The translations under genes were made by a program, and so were the position numbers. DNA of 63,162 bases, the filler included, from Octopus bimaculoides (lineage: Eukaryota), in assembly GCF_001194135.2 (NCBI RefSeq). It is 6 parts of 6 records of this genome, joined end to end, with 100 filler letters (N's around TTAATTAATTAA, not from the genome) between each part and the next. Parts side by side here need not be neighbours in the genome. Positions count along the whole stretch, not along the records: positions 29,271 to 55,936 come from NC_068984.1; 5 more parts are not named here. One strand, 5' to 3'. This document shows, piece after piece, positions 36,919-49,317 of the stretch. Below the pieces are notes generated by a model that was not told where the DNA came from, did no database searches, and was given only the letters and a program-made list of their open reading frames with translations. How positions within the stretch are numbered: the stretch's first letter is position 1; each line of letters begins with the position of its first letter.

Positions 36919-37206
36919 CAGTACATCACAGTACAAATATAATCGTATAACACCAAGCAATGTAACAAGAGTTGGTTATCTTATAATTGTTCCAATGTAG
37001 AATCAATAACGAGACTAACGCTCACACATTCGGCCTCAACTGTCTATTGGCTCATCAATTTATAAGATTCGTCAAGTCCACTAACAGTCATGTGCAGGAG
37101 TATCAGTTCACTCCAAAACAGTGTGTAAACGAAAAAGGCAGTAAAATTACAAGAGGAGTTTATGGTCAATATCATAAATTCGCCGCGCAATGAAGAAAGG
37201 AAAGAG

Positions 37207-37253
37207 AAATCATATTACGTTTCGGAAATAGTTCTTCTTCAGATAAATGATTT
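37207..37253 (-). ncRNA. Minimal type I hammerhead ribozyme motif, second family
   Basis: AAATCATTTAT-CTGAAGA-AGAACTATTTCC-GAAACGTA-ATATGATTT: full core, stem I 3 bp + bulge + 6 bp, palindromic ACGT stem III, GUA site; stem II has one mismatch. Confidence 0.65.
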
Positions 37254-38159
37254 GACAACATAGCATATAAGAACACAGATTGCATCATATAGCCAGCTGG
37301 AGACGATGTCTCCTGGGGCTAAATTACAGCAACATTCGTCCTAATCCAGGACTGCCATGTTATGTTGGCAAATAATCTTTAGTACAATATTAGTTTAGCT
37401 AACCATTTAGCACTTAAACTGGCCATACCGGCCGAAATATTGTACCTGTTTTATGTTCAGACTAACCAGATACAGTCTGTGACACCTACCCTTCATTGTC
37501 ATTCTAGAAAATAAACAATCATATCATCAAAATCTCCAAGGTATGAGATAATGTATGATTAATTCAAAACAATGTGAATAAATAAGCATTACATTTGACA
37601 GAGCAATTTGAATACTAAGGGGCAAAGCGAGATATTTCAGCATTGGGCGTGCCCAACGACTTTGTAGGCAGTCGGTGCTATGAATTTATAGCTATGTGAT
37701 TTAAGCAAGCACGAAGAATAAGGTTCAAATATATCATATGAAGAAAATATTGGCTTCCGTCGAAAACAGTGCAAGTAAATTGTCCTAAGAATGTGAAAGT
37801 AAATTGTGACAGAAAGCGGAAGTGATGATAGTAACCAGTGTCAGATTTACCATTATACTCAGGTGTGCTAAAGCAAAGGGCCCCTGTACTAAAATTCAGG
37901 TGTGCTAAAGCACAGGGGCTTCATAACTTAACTAGCACAGGGCCTCAGTAGTCCTAAATATGGCACTGACTGTAACATAAAAAAAAATTTCATCAAATTA
38001 TATAAAGAATTCTCTCGCTTGTCACATCCGCAGCCACCTGCAAGTGTATTAACTTCCTATGATGTGTTAAGTATTTCAGACATTTTAGTTGAAGGACACC
38101 GTTCCAATATACGATAGCCTGCACGGAGTAATTCAGTGGCTTGGATGATAGTCACAACA

Positions 38160-38590
38160 AGGCGGTGAGCTGGCAGAACCGTTAGCACGCCGGGCGAAAT
38201 GCTTAGCGGTATTTCGTCTGCTGTTACGTTCTGAGTTCAAATTCTGCCGAGGTCGACTTTGCCTTTCATCCTTTCGGGGTCGATAAATTAAGTACCAGTT
38301 ACGCACTGGGGTCGATGTGATCGACTTAATCCCTTTTTCTGTCCTTGTTTGTCCCCTCTATATTTAGCCCCTTGTGGGCAATAATGAAATCAGAAACTTT
38401 AGCACGCCGGGCAAAATGCTTAGCGGTATTTCGTTTGTCTTTACGTTCTGAGTTCAAATTCCGCCGAGGTCGACTTTGCCTTTTATCTTTTCGGGGTCGA
38501 TCAATTAAGTAGCAGCTGAGTACTGCGGTCGATGTAATTGACTGGTCCCTTCCCCAAAGTCTCAAGCCTTGTTTCTATAGCAGAAAGGAG
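38160..38590 (+). mobile_element. Two head-to-tail SINE type A copies with different 3' tails
   Basis: First ends TTTAGCCCCTTGTGGGCAATAA; second (from about 38398) ends CCCTTCCCCAAAGTCTCAAGCCTTGTTTCTATAG. Confidence 0.9.
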
Positions 38591-39074
38591 TGATGGTCAC
38601 CACAGTTACATATGAACAATGTTATATTCCAGCACGATTGATGAGCTGTGGAAAAAAACCGATGGGAAGCAATGGCTTTGATCCTTCGTATTCGTTCGGA
38701 TAATATGAATCAATTCCTATTTTGAAAAGAACCATTTTATCCTACCGTATATTTCAACTAATCCGCATATGGATAAGAGAATGTTACATTCAGCGTCTGC
38801 GTGAAATTATGGGATCTTACTGTCGTCACTTCCGCAATTTACTTTCACTTTTAACAAAGGTAGACCATTTGAACCATATTTAATATTTACCGGAAGTTGT
38901 ATGTCTGTGTGTATATGCGTGAGTGTATATGTATGCATGTGTGTGTGTGTGTAAAGAAAGTTATATCCATTCATATATATATATATATATATATATATAN
39001 NNNNNNNNNNNNNNNNNNNNNNNNNNNNNNNNNNNNNNNNNNNNNNNNNNNNNNNNNNGATGTGTTTGTGTGTA

Positions 39075-39448
39075 GAGGCGCAATGACCCAGTGGTTAGGG
39101 CAGCGGACTCGCGGTCATAGGATCGCGGTTTCAATTCCCAGATCGGGTATTGTGAGTGTTTATTGAGCGGAAATTCCTTAAGCTCCACGTGGCTCCGGCA
39201 GGAGATGGTGGCGAACCCTGCTGTACTCTTCCACCACAACTTTCTCTCACTCTTTCTTCCTGTTTCTGTTGTGCCCGTATTTTCAAAGGGCCAGCTTTGT
39301 CGCACTCTGTATCACGTTGAATCTCCCCTGAGAACTACGTTAAGGGTACACGTGTCTCTGGAGTCCTCAGCCACTTGCACGTTAATTTCACGAGCAGGCT
39401 GTTCCGTTGATCGGATCACCCGGAACCTTTCGTCCGGACGGAGTGCCA
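39075..39448 (+). mobile_element. SINE type C, full length
   Basis: GAGGCGCAATGACCCAGTGGTTAGGGCAGCGGACTCGCGGTCATAGGATCGCGGTTTCAATTCCC head (A and B boxes); tail GACGGAGTGCCA shared with type D. Confidence 0.9.
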
Positions 39449-39753
39449 CGGATGTATGTGTATTTATGAGAGTGTGTGTGTGCATGTTAACATAGTTATA
39501 TCCGTTCATATATACACACATATATACACACATATATAGGGTTGTGTGTATGTGTGCTTACGTGTACATTTGTACGTATGACTGCTGTCTCCGTATGCTC
39601 CATGTGTCTATATATAGGTGTATGCATACGTGTGTTTGTGCATGTGTGTGTGTGTGCGTGTGTGCGTGCATGTATGTGTGTGTATTTGTCATTGTGTATG
39701 CGTGTTCATGTTGTGGATATTACCAATTGTGACCTCTCCGCCAAGGTAGCAAT

Positions 39754-40057
39754 TCAACTACTTTGGTATTCGATGTATCTATTTTTAAAACTGTGTCTGT
39801 GCTTTGATGGGGATGTGACTGCTATTTCTAGCCAATCCAGTGACCGCCTTCGAGTATCTTCGTTGGCTTGGACGACTGTGTGGTGGTGGGGAGGGGGTGA
39901 AAGTGAGGCTGAACAGAACGGAACTAATGTGTCTGAGGATTCCATCATTTCGGGGATTCCCCCGTCCATTCGCTTCGCTGTTGCTATCGCCGTCACACTT
40001 GTTGATATGAAGTGATGAGTTTAGTAACGATGGTTCGGAAGAATGGTAAGAGGAAGA
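39754..40057 (-). other. Candidate (terminal) exon of an unidentified gene
   Basis: CTCTCTCTTTCTCAG acceptor, then about 300 bp of non-repetitive, more GC-rich sequence with two long open frames. Confidence 0.3.
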
Positions 40058-40221
40058 CTGAGAAAGAGAGAGGAGGAGAGAGACAGTCTGAGAGCGAGAG
40101 AGACAGAGAGGAAGAGACCAAATGGCAGAGACAGAGAGAGAGAAAGAGAGAGACAATGAAAATGAGTGTGTGTGTGATTTGAGATCGGGAGAAATGAAGT
40201 AAGAAGATGTTTGTGTTACTA

Positions 40222-41070
40222 TGGCCAGGCATAGCTGTAGTTAAGAAGTTTACTTCCCAACCACATGGTTCCGGGTTCAGTCCCTCTGTGGATAAGCGTC
40301 TTCTACTGTAGCCCCGGGTCGACAAAAGCCTTGTGAAAGGAAACTGAAAAAAAGCCTGTCATATATATATATATATATATATACATACACGTTCTTTTAT
40401 TCTTTTACTTGTTTCAATCATTTGACTGCGACCATGCTGGAGCATCGCCTTTAGTCAAACAGATCGACCGCAGGGCTTTTGTAAGCCTAGTACTTATTCC
40501 ATCGAACACTTTTGCCGAACCACTAAGTCACGGGGACGTTAGCACATCCACATCGGTTGTCAAGCGATGGTGGTGGTGGCGGTGGTGCCGGTGGTGGTGG
40601 TGGTNNNNNNNNNNNNNNNNNNNNNNNNNNNNNNNNNNNNNNNNNNNNNNNNNNNNNNNNNNNNNNNNNNNNNNNNNNNNNNNNNNNNNNNNNNNNNNNN
40701 NNNNNNNNNNNNNNNNNNNNNNNNNNNNNNNNNNNNNNNNNNNNNNNNNNNNNNNNNNNNNNNNNNNNNNNNNNNNNNNNNNNNNNNNNNNNNNNNNNNN
40801 NNNNNNNNNNNNNNNNNNNNNNNNNNNNNNNNNNNNNNNNNNNNNNNNNNNNNNNTATATATATATATATATATATAAATGTATGTGTGCGCGCATTTGT
40901 GACTGTCCCCTGCCAACGGTGTGGGTTTGTTTTCGGCCCCGTAACTTAGGAGGTTCGGTATTAAGTGCCAGGTTTGTAATGAATAAGTACTGGGGGTCGA
41001 TTTGTTCGGCGAAAATTCTTCAACGCTGTGCCCCAGCATGGCCGCAGTCCAATGACAGACGTAAGAGAGA
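40222..41070. mobile_element. Three SINE type B pieces: head (+) 40222-40360, tail (-) 40395-40570, tail (+) 40900-41070
   Basis: Matches to type B head and tail motifs. Confidence 0.8.
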
Positions 41071-41099
41071 CAAAGATGAGGGAAAGAGAAAGTTAGTTG

Positions 41100-41947
41100 T
41101 AATGGTGAACGAATGTAATAGCAGAGGTGTGGTGAGAGGTATATAAGGAGAAAGAGAGAGGGGGAGAAGAGAGATTGAAGGGAGGGTTGAGAAGTAGGAG
41201 AGATGTATAAGATATGATGGGAGTAGGAGGGCCTGTAGAAAGAGGAGGTATGTGTTTGAACGGGTTGAGGAACGGTGAGAGGTTAGGATGGGCGAAGGTG
41301 GCACAGGAAGAGAAGGTAGAAGATGAGGATAGAGTGAATAGAAGAGAGGGAGCGAATGGGAGAGAGAGAGAGAGGGAGATGGGTTAGTTGAGAGGGAGGA
41401 AAAGAAAGGTGAAGAGAGAGAGAGAAAAAAAAGCTAAGGAAAAGGATGAGAAAGTAGTGAGAGAGAAAGTAGTGAGAGAGAAAGATAGAGCGGACGGAGG
41501 ACGTGAGAGAGGGAAAGGGGGAGGTAAAAAAGGGAGAAAATGTATTTTAAAGCAGGGATGGGAAGGAAGACATTGAGGGAGCGCGAAGGGGAGGGCGTGT
41601 GGAGTGAAAGAGTGAGGTGGAATAATGGGAAAAGGAGAGAAGAGGAAAAAAGGAGTGGTATGAGTAAAATATCGATAGGGTGTTTGAATAGTGTTTGGAG
41701 AACTTTGACAGTGTTAAAGAGAGAGAGAGGGAGATGGGAGAGAGAGAGAGAGATGAGAGAAGGGAGGGAGAGAAAGAGAGAGAGAGTGGGGGTGTAGATA
41801 AAGGGACCGATATAGTGAAAGACAGATCTATAGATTGATAAACAGATCGATTGATACACATATATCGAATGATAGGCAGATAAATAAATAAATAAATAAA
41901 TAGAAAGATAGACAGATAAATAGACAGAGTGACACAGATAGACAGAT

Positions 41948-41989
<42 letters not shown>

Positions 41990-42120
41990 TAGTGAGAAAG
42001 AGAAAGAGAGAGAGAGCGTGAAAGAAAAGGAGAGACAGACAGACAGGCAGACAGACAAACGGATGGAGGACAGAATATGTTGAAATGGAAAATAAAATTG
42101 TGATCAATGGAAAACAAGGA
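41100..42120. repeat. About 1 kb purine-rich (GA/GGA/GATA) low-complexity tract
   Basis: Plus strand is overwhelmingly A and G. Confidence 0.9.
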
Positions 42121-43304
42121 AAGAATTAAAGTGAACAGGTAGTAGTAGTAGTAGTAGTAGTGGTAGTGGTAGTGGTGGTGGTGGTTGTGGTGGTGGTGGC
42201 TGTGGTGGTGGGCTTCTCCGTCGCCGAGGTCCTGATGGCTGTGTTAATGAATGAATGAATGGATGTTTGAGGTGATGTTGTGNNNNNNNNNNNNNNNNNN
42301 NNNNNNNNNNNNNNNNNNNNNNNNNNNNNNNNNNNNNNNNNNNNNNNNNNNNNNNNNNNNNNNNNNNNNNNNNNNNNNNNNNNNNNNNNNNNNNNNNNNN
42401 NNNNNNNNNNNNNNNNNNNNNNNNNNNNNNNNNNNNNNNNNNNNNNNNNNNNNNNNNNNNNNNNNNNNNNNNNNNNNNNNNNNNNNNNNNNNNNNNNNNN
42501 NNNNNNNNNNNNNNNNNNNNNNNNNNNNNNNNNNNNNNNNNNNNNNNNNNNNNNNNNNNNNNNNNNNNNNNNNNNNNNNNNNNNNNNNNNNNNNNNNNNN
42601 NNNNNNNNNNNNNNNNNNNNNNNNNNNNNNNNNNNNNNNNNNNNNNNNNNNNNNNNNNNNNNNNNNNNNNNNNNNNNNNNNNNNNNNNNNNNNNNNNNNN
42701 NNNNNNNNNNNNNNNNNNNNNNNNNNNNNNNNNNNNNNNNNNNNNNNNNNNNNNNNNNNNNNNNNNNNNNNNNNNNNNNNNNNNNNNNNNNNNNNNNNNN
42801 NNNNNNNNNNNNNNNNNNNNNNNNNNNNNNNNNNNNNNNNNNNNNNNNNNNNNNNNNNNNNNNNNNNNNNNNNNNNNNNNNNNNNNNNNNNNNNNNNNNN
42901 NNNNNNNNNNNNNNNNNNNNNNNNNNNNNNNNNNNNNNNNNNNNNNNNNNNNNNNNNNNNNNNNNNNNNNNNNNNNNNNNNNNNNNNNNNNNNNNNNNNN
43001 NNNNNNNNNNNNNNNNNNNNNNNNNNNNNNNNNNNNNNNNNNNNNNNNNNNNNNNNNNNNNNNNNNNNNNNNNNNNNNNNNNNNNNNNNNNNNNNNNNNN
43101 NNNNNNNNNNNNNNNNNNNNNNNNNNNNNNNNNNNNNNNNNNNNNNNNNNNNNNNNNNNNNNNNNNNNNNNNNNNNNNNNNNNNNNNNNNNNNNNNNNNN
43201 NNNNNNNNNNNNNNNNNNNNNNNNTATTGCATTTCTGTTGCGTGTGTTTCTGACGGAGGCTGATTGACAGAAGAAAGTAGCCGAGAAGAAAGACAATAAA
43301 AGTT

Positions 43305-43337
<33 letters not shown>

Positions 43338-43655
43338 TATGAGAGAGTAGAGACAGAGACAGACAGACGGAGAGACAGAGTTATGGAAAAGTAATGGAGG
43401 CAAGCGTTGTAAGGAGTAGAACCGAATCATTCGTTCATCTCTGTCTCTTTCTCTTTCTCTTTCTCTCACTCTTTCTCCTTCTCCTTCCCCCCTCTCTCGG
43501 AATATGTGTATATCTGTATGTCTATATGTCTAAGTATGTTTCTGTGTGCAATAATTTCATATTTTATATACAGACATGCTTTCCTCTATATATTCGTCTC
43601 TCTCACACTCTCTCCCACTCACACCCTCTCAATATATATATATATATATATACAC

Positions 43656-43686
<31 letters not shown>

Positions 43687-44003
43687 AGTGTGTGTGTGTG
43701 TGAGTGTGTGTGTGTGTGTGCATGTATGTGTGTAGGCATGTATGTATGTATCTGTATGTACGTGTGTATGTATATTTGTGTGTGCGTATGTGCGTGTATG
43801 TATGCATTTCTGGTTGTATATATAGAAATGACAGCCTATATATTTAACTGTTTATTGATCTAAAGTCCGATATATCGATTGATCGATCTATTTGTACACA
43901 TTTGATTGTATACAGACTCACGCATGCATACATATAATTAAAAGAAAAAAGTTCTTCGCCGCTTTACATCTCTCTCTCTCTCTCTCTCTCTCTNNNNNNN
44001 NNN

Positions 44004-44051
<48 letters not shown>

Positions 44052-44149
44052 TCGCTCTGTCTCCAAACATACACGTATACAACATATATATGTATACACA
44101 TATATATGTATACACATAGAGGCACACTTTTATATACATATGAATACAT

Positions 44150-44191
<42 letters not shown>

Positions 44192-44337
44192 ATATATACG
44201 TTATAGACAAACAAATAGATATATAACTATATATATATACATTTGTATGTATGCATTTATGTATTATGTATATGTGTGTATATATACATATACTTATACT
44301 ATTTATATGTATATATACATATTTGTATGTGTGTATG

Positions 44338-44368
<31 letters not shown>

Positions 44369-45582
44369 NNNNNNNNNNNNNNNNNNNNNNNNNNNNNNNN
44401 NNNNNNNNNNNNNNNNNNNNNNNNNNNNNNNNNNNNNNNNNNNNNNNNNNNNNNNNNNNNNNNNNNNNNNNNNNNNNNNNNNNNNNNNNNNNNNNNNNNN
44501 NNNNNNNNNNNNNNNNNNNNNNNNNNNNNNNNNNNNNNNNNNNNNNNNNNNNNNNNNNNNNNNNNNNNNNNNNNNNNNNNNNNNNNNNNNNNNNNNNNNN
44601 NNNNNNNNNNNNNNNNNNNNNNNNNNNNNNNNNNNNNNNNNNNNNNNNNNNNNNNNNNNNNNNNNNNNNNNNNNNNNNNNNNNNNNNNNNNNNNNNNNNN
44701 NNNNNNNNNNNNNNNNNNNNNNNNNNNNNNNNNNNNNNNNNNNNNNNNNNNNNNNNNNNNNNNNNNNNNNNNNNNNNNNNNNNNNNNNNNNNNNNNNNNN
44801 NNNNNNNNNNNNNNNNNNNNNNNNNNNNNNNNNNNNNNNNNNNNNNNNNNNNNNNNNNNNNNNNNNNNNNNNNNNNNNNNNNNNNNNNNNNNNNNNNNNN
44901 NNNNNNNNNNNNNNNNNNNNNNNNNNNNNNNNNNNNNNNNNNNNNNNNNNNNNNNNNNNNNNNNNNNNNNNNNNNNNNNNNNNNNNNNNNNNNNNNNNNN
45001 NNNNNNNNNNNNNNNNNNNNNNNNNNNNNNNNNNNNNNNNNNNNNNNNNNNNNNNNNNNNNNNNNNNNNNNNNNNNNNNNNNNNNNNNNNNNNNNNNNNN
45101 NNNNNNNNNNNNNNNNNNNNNNNNNNNNNNNNNNNNNNNNNTACTATTTATATGTATATATACATATTTGTATGTGTGTATGTATGTATATATATATATA
45201 TATGTATATATAGAAACATATATGAAAAGAAGGTTGCTGTTAAAAGAAATCACATGATATCGGAGTCATGTGATGTTCATATCCACGTAATATTAACGTA
45301 GCGTGAGAAATTCAATAACGCTTCGGATATTTTCACTCCTTCACCTTCTCTCAACCACTCATTGCACACGTTTATTTACATGTAATCATTCCTACTCGCA
45401 TACACAGACGCACATACACCCACGTATGTGTATGCATGTATGCGTGTATGTTTATAAATATGTACGTCTATATCTATCTTGCAACCTATCTGTCTGCCTA
45501 CCTACCTACCTACCTACCAACCTACTTACCTACCTACCTACCTACCTAACAACATACCAGTCTATCTATCTATCTATTTATC

Positions 45583-45995
45583 TATTACGTCATCCCATAA
45601 ATAATGCGTTCTTTTCGCTTGCATGAACTAAAAGTCGGAGAGGGGTGGTATAAACTACCAGCGTCAACTTGCTATAAAAGCCGGCAGTAATTTTACCTTG
45701 TCCTTATTCTTAGTGCAAGTTTTGAAGAGTGCACTTTGACATTAGCAGTTATTTTTTCGAGGCTATAATGGAAGTGACATAGGAGTATATTCGGTATATT
45801 TTGCTTTATGAGTTCAATAAAGGCCACAGCACAACGAAAAGTGCGAGGAATATTGATACAGTATATGAGGATCGGACAATAAGCGTAAGCCGGTGTCAAC
45901 GGTGGTTCCAGAAATTCCGAGCCGGAGACTACAGCCTAGAAGACGAGCCTCGTCCTGAAAGTTCTCTAGACCTCGACGAGGACGTCCTACAATGA
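45583..45995 (+). mobile_element. mariner element 5' end with decayed transposase HTH
   Basis: ATG at 45768: MEVT*EYIRYILLYEFNKGHSTTKSARNIDTVYEDRTISVSRCQRWFQKFRAGDYSLEDEPRP, the Mos1/SETMAR-type N-terminal HTH. Confidence 0.9.
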
Positions 45996-46028
45996 GAATG
46001 ACATTTAAAAGCTATATATATCTCCTGG

Positions 46029-46420
46029 TTATTATGTTAAACTGTCGTATGTCCATATTTGGCCAAATGCATTTTTTGTTTCAATATCTAATTTTGCTTG
46101 CAATAGCCGATTCTTTTGGTCAAACTATCATATCTCCAGCTGCTTCAGATGCCAAGATATCAAAAATTGTCAAAGTATAGTACAACGGTTTAGCATTTTT
46201 CAAAAGTGTAGTAAGTCCCACATACGACACCTTTTGCAAAAATATTTCTGACTGAAAATATCCTACATGCATGGAGTTACGATTTTATGTACACAACAAA
46301 GTATTATTGTTAAACTGAAACTGTTGCTAATGTAAAAAGAGACGGAGTGGTGAAACTACTTTTTCGTTTACTGAAAAAGGAATGTTCTGGATTTTCGACA
46401 CCTTTGCATAACTGCAACGA
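46029..46420. repeat. Interspersed repeat, copy 1 (copy 2 at 54674-55045)
   Basis: About 390 bp aligns in the same orientation with scattered substitutions and indels. Confidence 0.85.
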
Positions 46421-47255
46421 TATATATANNNNNNNNNNNNNNNNNNNNNNNNNNNNNNNNNNNNNNNNNNNNNNNNNNNNNNNNNNNNNNNNNNNNNNNN
46501 NNNNNNNNNNNNNNNNNNNNNNNNNNNNNNNNNNNNNNNNNNNNNNNNNNNNNNNNNNNNNNNNNNNNNNNNNNNNNNNNNNNNNNNNNNNNNNNNNNNN
46601 NNNNNNNNNNNNNNNNNNNNNNNNNNNNNNNNNNNNNNNNNNNNNNNNNNNNNNNNNNNNNNNNNNNNNNNNNNNNNNNNNNNNNNNNNNNNNNNNNNNN
46701 NNNNNNNNNNNNNNNNNNNNNNNNNNNNNNNNNNNNNNNNNNNNNNNNNNNNNNNNNNNNNNNNNNNNNNNNNNNNNNNNNNNNNNNNNNNNNNNNNNNN
46801 NNNNNNNNNNNNNNNNNNNNNNNNNNNNNNNNNNNNNNNNNNNNNNNNNNNNNNNNNNNNNNNNNNNNNNNNNNNNNNNNNNNNNNNNNNNNNNNNNNNN
46901 NNNNNNNNNNNNNNNNNNNNNNNNNNNNNNNNNNNNNNNNNNNNNNNNNNNNNNNNNNNNNNNNNNNNNNNNNNNNNNNNNNNNNNNNNNNNNNNNNNNN
47001 NNNNNNNNNNNNNNNNNNNNNNNNNNNNNNNNNNNNNNNNNNNNNNNNNNNNNNNNNNNNNNNNNNNNNNNNNNNNNNNNNNNNNNNNNNNNNNNNNNNN
47101 NNNNNNNNNNNNNNNNNNNNNNNNNNNNNNNNNNNNNNNNNNNNNNNNNNNNNNNNNNNNNNNNNNNNNNNNNNNNNNNNNNNNNNNNNNNNNNNNNNNN
47201 NNNNNNNNNNNNNNNNNNNNNNNNNNNNNNNNNNNNNNNNNNNNNNNNNNNNNNN

Positions 47256-47370
<115 letters not shown>

Positions 47371-47741
47371 TGTATATTACGAACTTTTCGCAACTTTCTT
47401 CATGTAGTATTAATTTCAGTGTTGAACATATTATGATAATATAGCTGCACTGACATGTATGCACTGAATTACACAATACAATTGTATATTCACAAATCAA
47501 TGAACCAGAACATCATGGTTAGACCATCGATCAACTTGATATGCATGTGTGTGCGTGTGTGTGTGTGTGCGCGTATGGAGTAGTTGTAAACAAGTGTGAC
47601 TGTCATACAAAAGGTGTTCTTTGTCTTCAATCTTTCACGTAATCATGTCTGGGCATGGTGAAGTATTGCCTTACTTGGAAGCGAGTGAGGGGTGGCGGCG
47701 GGAACATCTCTCTCATCCATGCGAGCATGGAAAAGTAGATG

Positions 47742-47783
<42 letters not shown>

Positions 47784-47785
<2 letters not shown>

Positions 47786-48183
47786 TCTTTTACTTGTTTG
47801 TCATTTGACAGCGGCCATGCTGGAGCACCACCTTTAGTCGATCGGATCGACCCCAGGACTTATTCTTTGTAACCCTAGTACTTATTCTATCGCTCTCATT
47901 TGCCGAACTGCTAAATTACGGGGACGTAAACACAGCTGCGTCGGTTATCAAGCGATGTTGTGGGGACAAACACAGACACGCAAGCACAGACACATATATA
48001 TATATACATATACATATATACGACGGGCTTCTTTCAGTTTCAGCCTACCAAATCCACTCACAAGGCTTTGGTCGGCCCGAGGCTATAGAAGAAGGCACTT
48101 GCCCAAGGTGCCACGCAGTGGGACTGAACCTGGAACCATGTGGTTGGTAAGCAAGCTACTTACCAGACAACCACTCCTGCGCT
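47784..48183 (-). mobile_element. SINE type B, full length
   Basis: Tail at 47784, internal (CA/TA)n, head ending CCACTCCTGCGC. Confidence 0.92.
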
Positions 48184-48189
48184 TATAGT

Positions 48190-48340
48190 TGAAATTTATA
48201 GAAAAACAAAAGACGAAAGACAGTGTATGAAGAACAAGCAGGTGTATTAGTTTGATGCTCGGAAAAGTGAGAAAGTATGTTACGTTTCAAACCTATTCGC
48301 CTCAGCAGAAAAGAATAAGAGAAAATAAAAAGAGAGAGAA
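48190..48340 (-). mobile_element. Penelope-like terminal-repeat fragment with decayed hammerhead motif
   Basis: GAAATTTATAGAAAAACAAAAGACG..GGTGTATTAGTTTGATGCTCGG repeat; minus strand CTGCTGAGGCGAATAGGTTTGAAACGTA. Confidence 0.55.
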
Positions 48341-48483
48341 TAAAAATAAAAAAACTGTGGATTTAGCGGTCAACATGGCGACTGATTAGAAAAAAAAAAA
48401 ACATTTGACAGAAGAGATTGAAAGAAGGGTAGATAATAAAGTATTGGTGATCCCAAAACGAAGGTACCCATATATATTACACG

Positions 48484-48704
48484 GGCGGCGAGTTGGCAGA
48501 ATCGTTAGCACGCCGGGCAAAATGCTTAACGGTGTTATGTTCTGAGTTCAAACTCCGCCGAGGTCGACTTTGCCTTTTATCCTTTCGGGGTCGATTAAAT
48601 AAGTACCAGTTACGCACTGGAATCGATGTAATCGACTTAAACCATTTGCCTGTCCTTGTTTGTCCCCTCTACGTTTAGCCACCTGTGAGCAATAAAGAAA
48701 TAAA
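48484..48704 (+). mobile_element. SINE type A, full length
   Basis: GGCGGCGAGTTGGCAGAATCGTTAGCACGCCGGGC to GCAATAAAGAAA. Confidence 0.9.
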
Positions 48705-48949
48705 TTTTTTCAACCGAGACGTTACAACCGTATCTAATTGTTCAAGCGATTCATTTCCATATATGTATCTATATTGACTCGATTGTGAACATCTATCACT
48801 GGTTTCTCCCATTCTTTTGATGTCGCTTCCTATCATCATAAAAACCGTCGGCATTTTTGACGACACGGCTATACTAGTTTCCATCATATCTTATTTCTCG
48901 TGTATATAAATGTCGTCGTTTTTTTATGTCCAGTCAAACTACTTTTACT

Positions 48950-49317
48950 TATATTTTTGTACTTGTTTCCCTCATCAGACTGCGGCCATTCTGAAGCACT
49001 GCCTTGAAGAATTTTAATCAAATGAATCAAGCCAAGTACTTGTGTGTTTCTATCGGTCTCTCACGCGACGTAACAAACCCAACGTCGGTTGTCAAGCAGT
49101 AGTTGGCGACAAACACAGACGCACAGACACACACGTACACACGTATGCGCAAATATATATTTTTATATATGTTTCCTTCTAACAAATCCATTCACAAAGC
49201 TTTGGTCGGCCTGAAGCTAAAGTAGAAGACACTTGTCCAAGGCTCCATGCAGTGGGACTGAACCTGGATCCATGTGTTTGGGAAGCAAACCTCTTACCAC
49301 ACAACCGCTCCTGCGCC
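48950..49317 (-). mobile_element. SINE type B (decayed, near full length)
   Basis: Tail and head motifs; head ends CCGCTCCTGCGCC. Confidence 0.85.

Noticed and set aside
44297-45203. Same roughly 60-bp sequence on both sides of the 44369-45141 gap
   Set aside because: Typical unmerged contig overlap or collapsed tandem repeat at a gap edge
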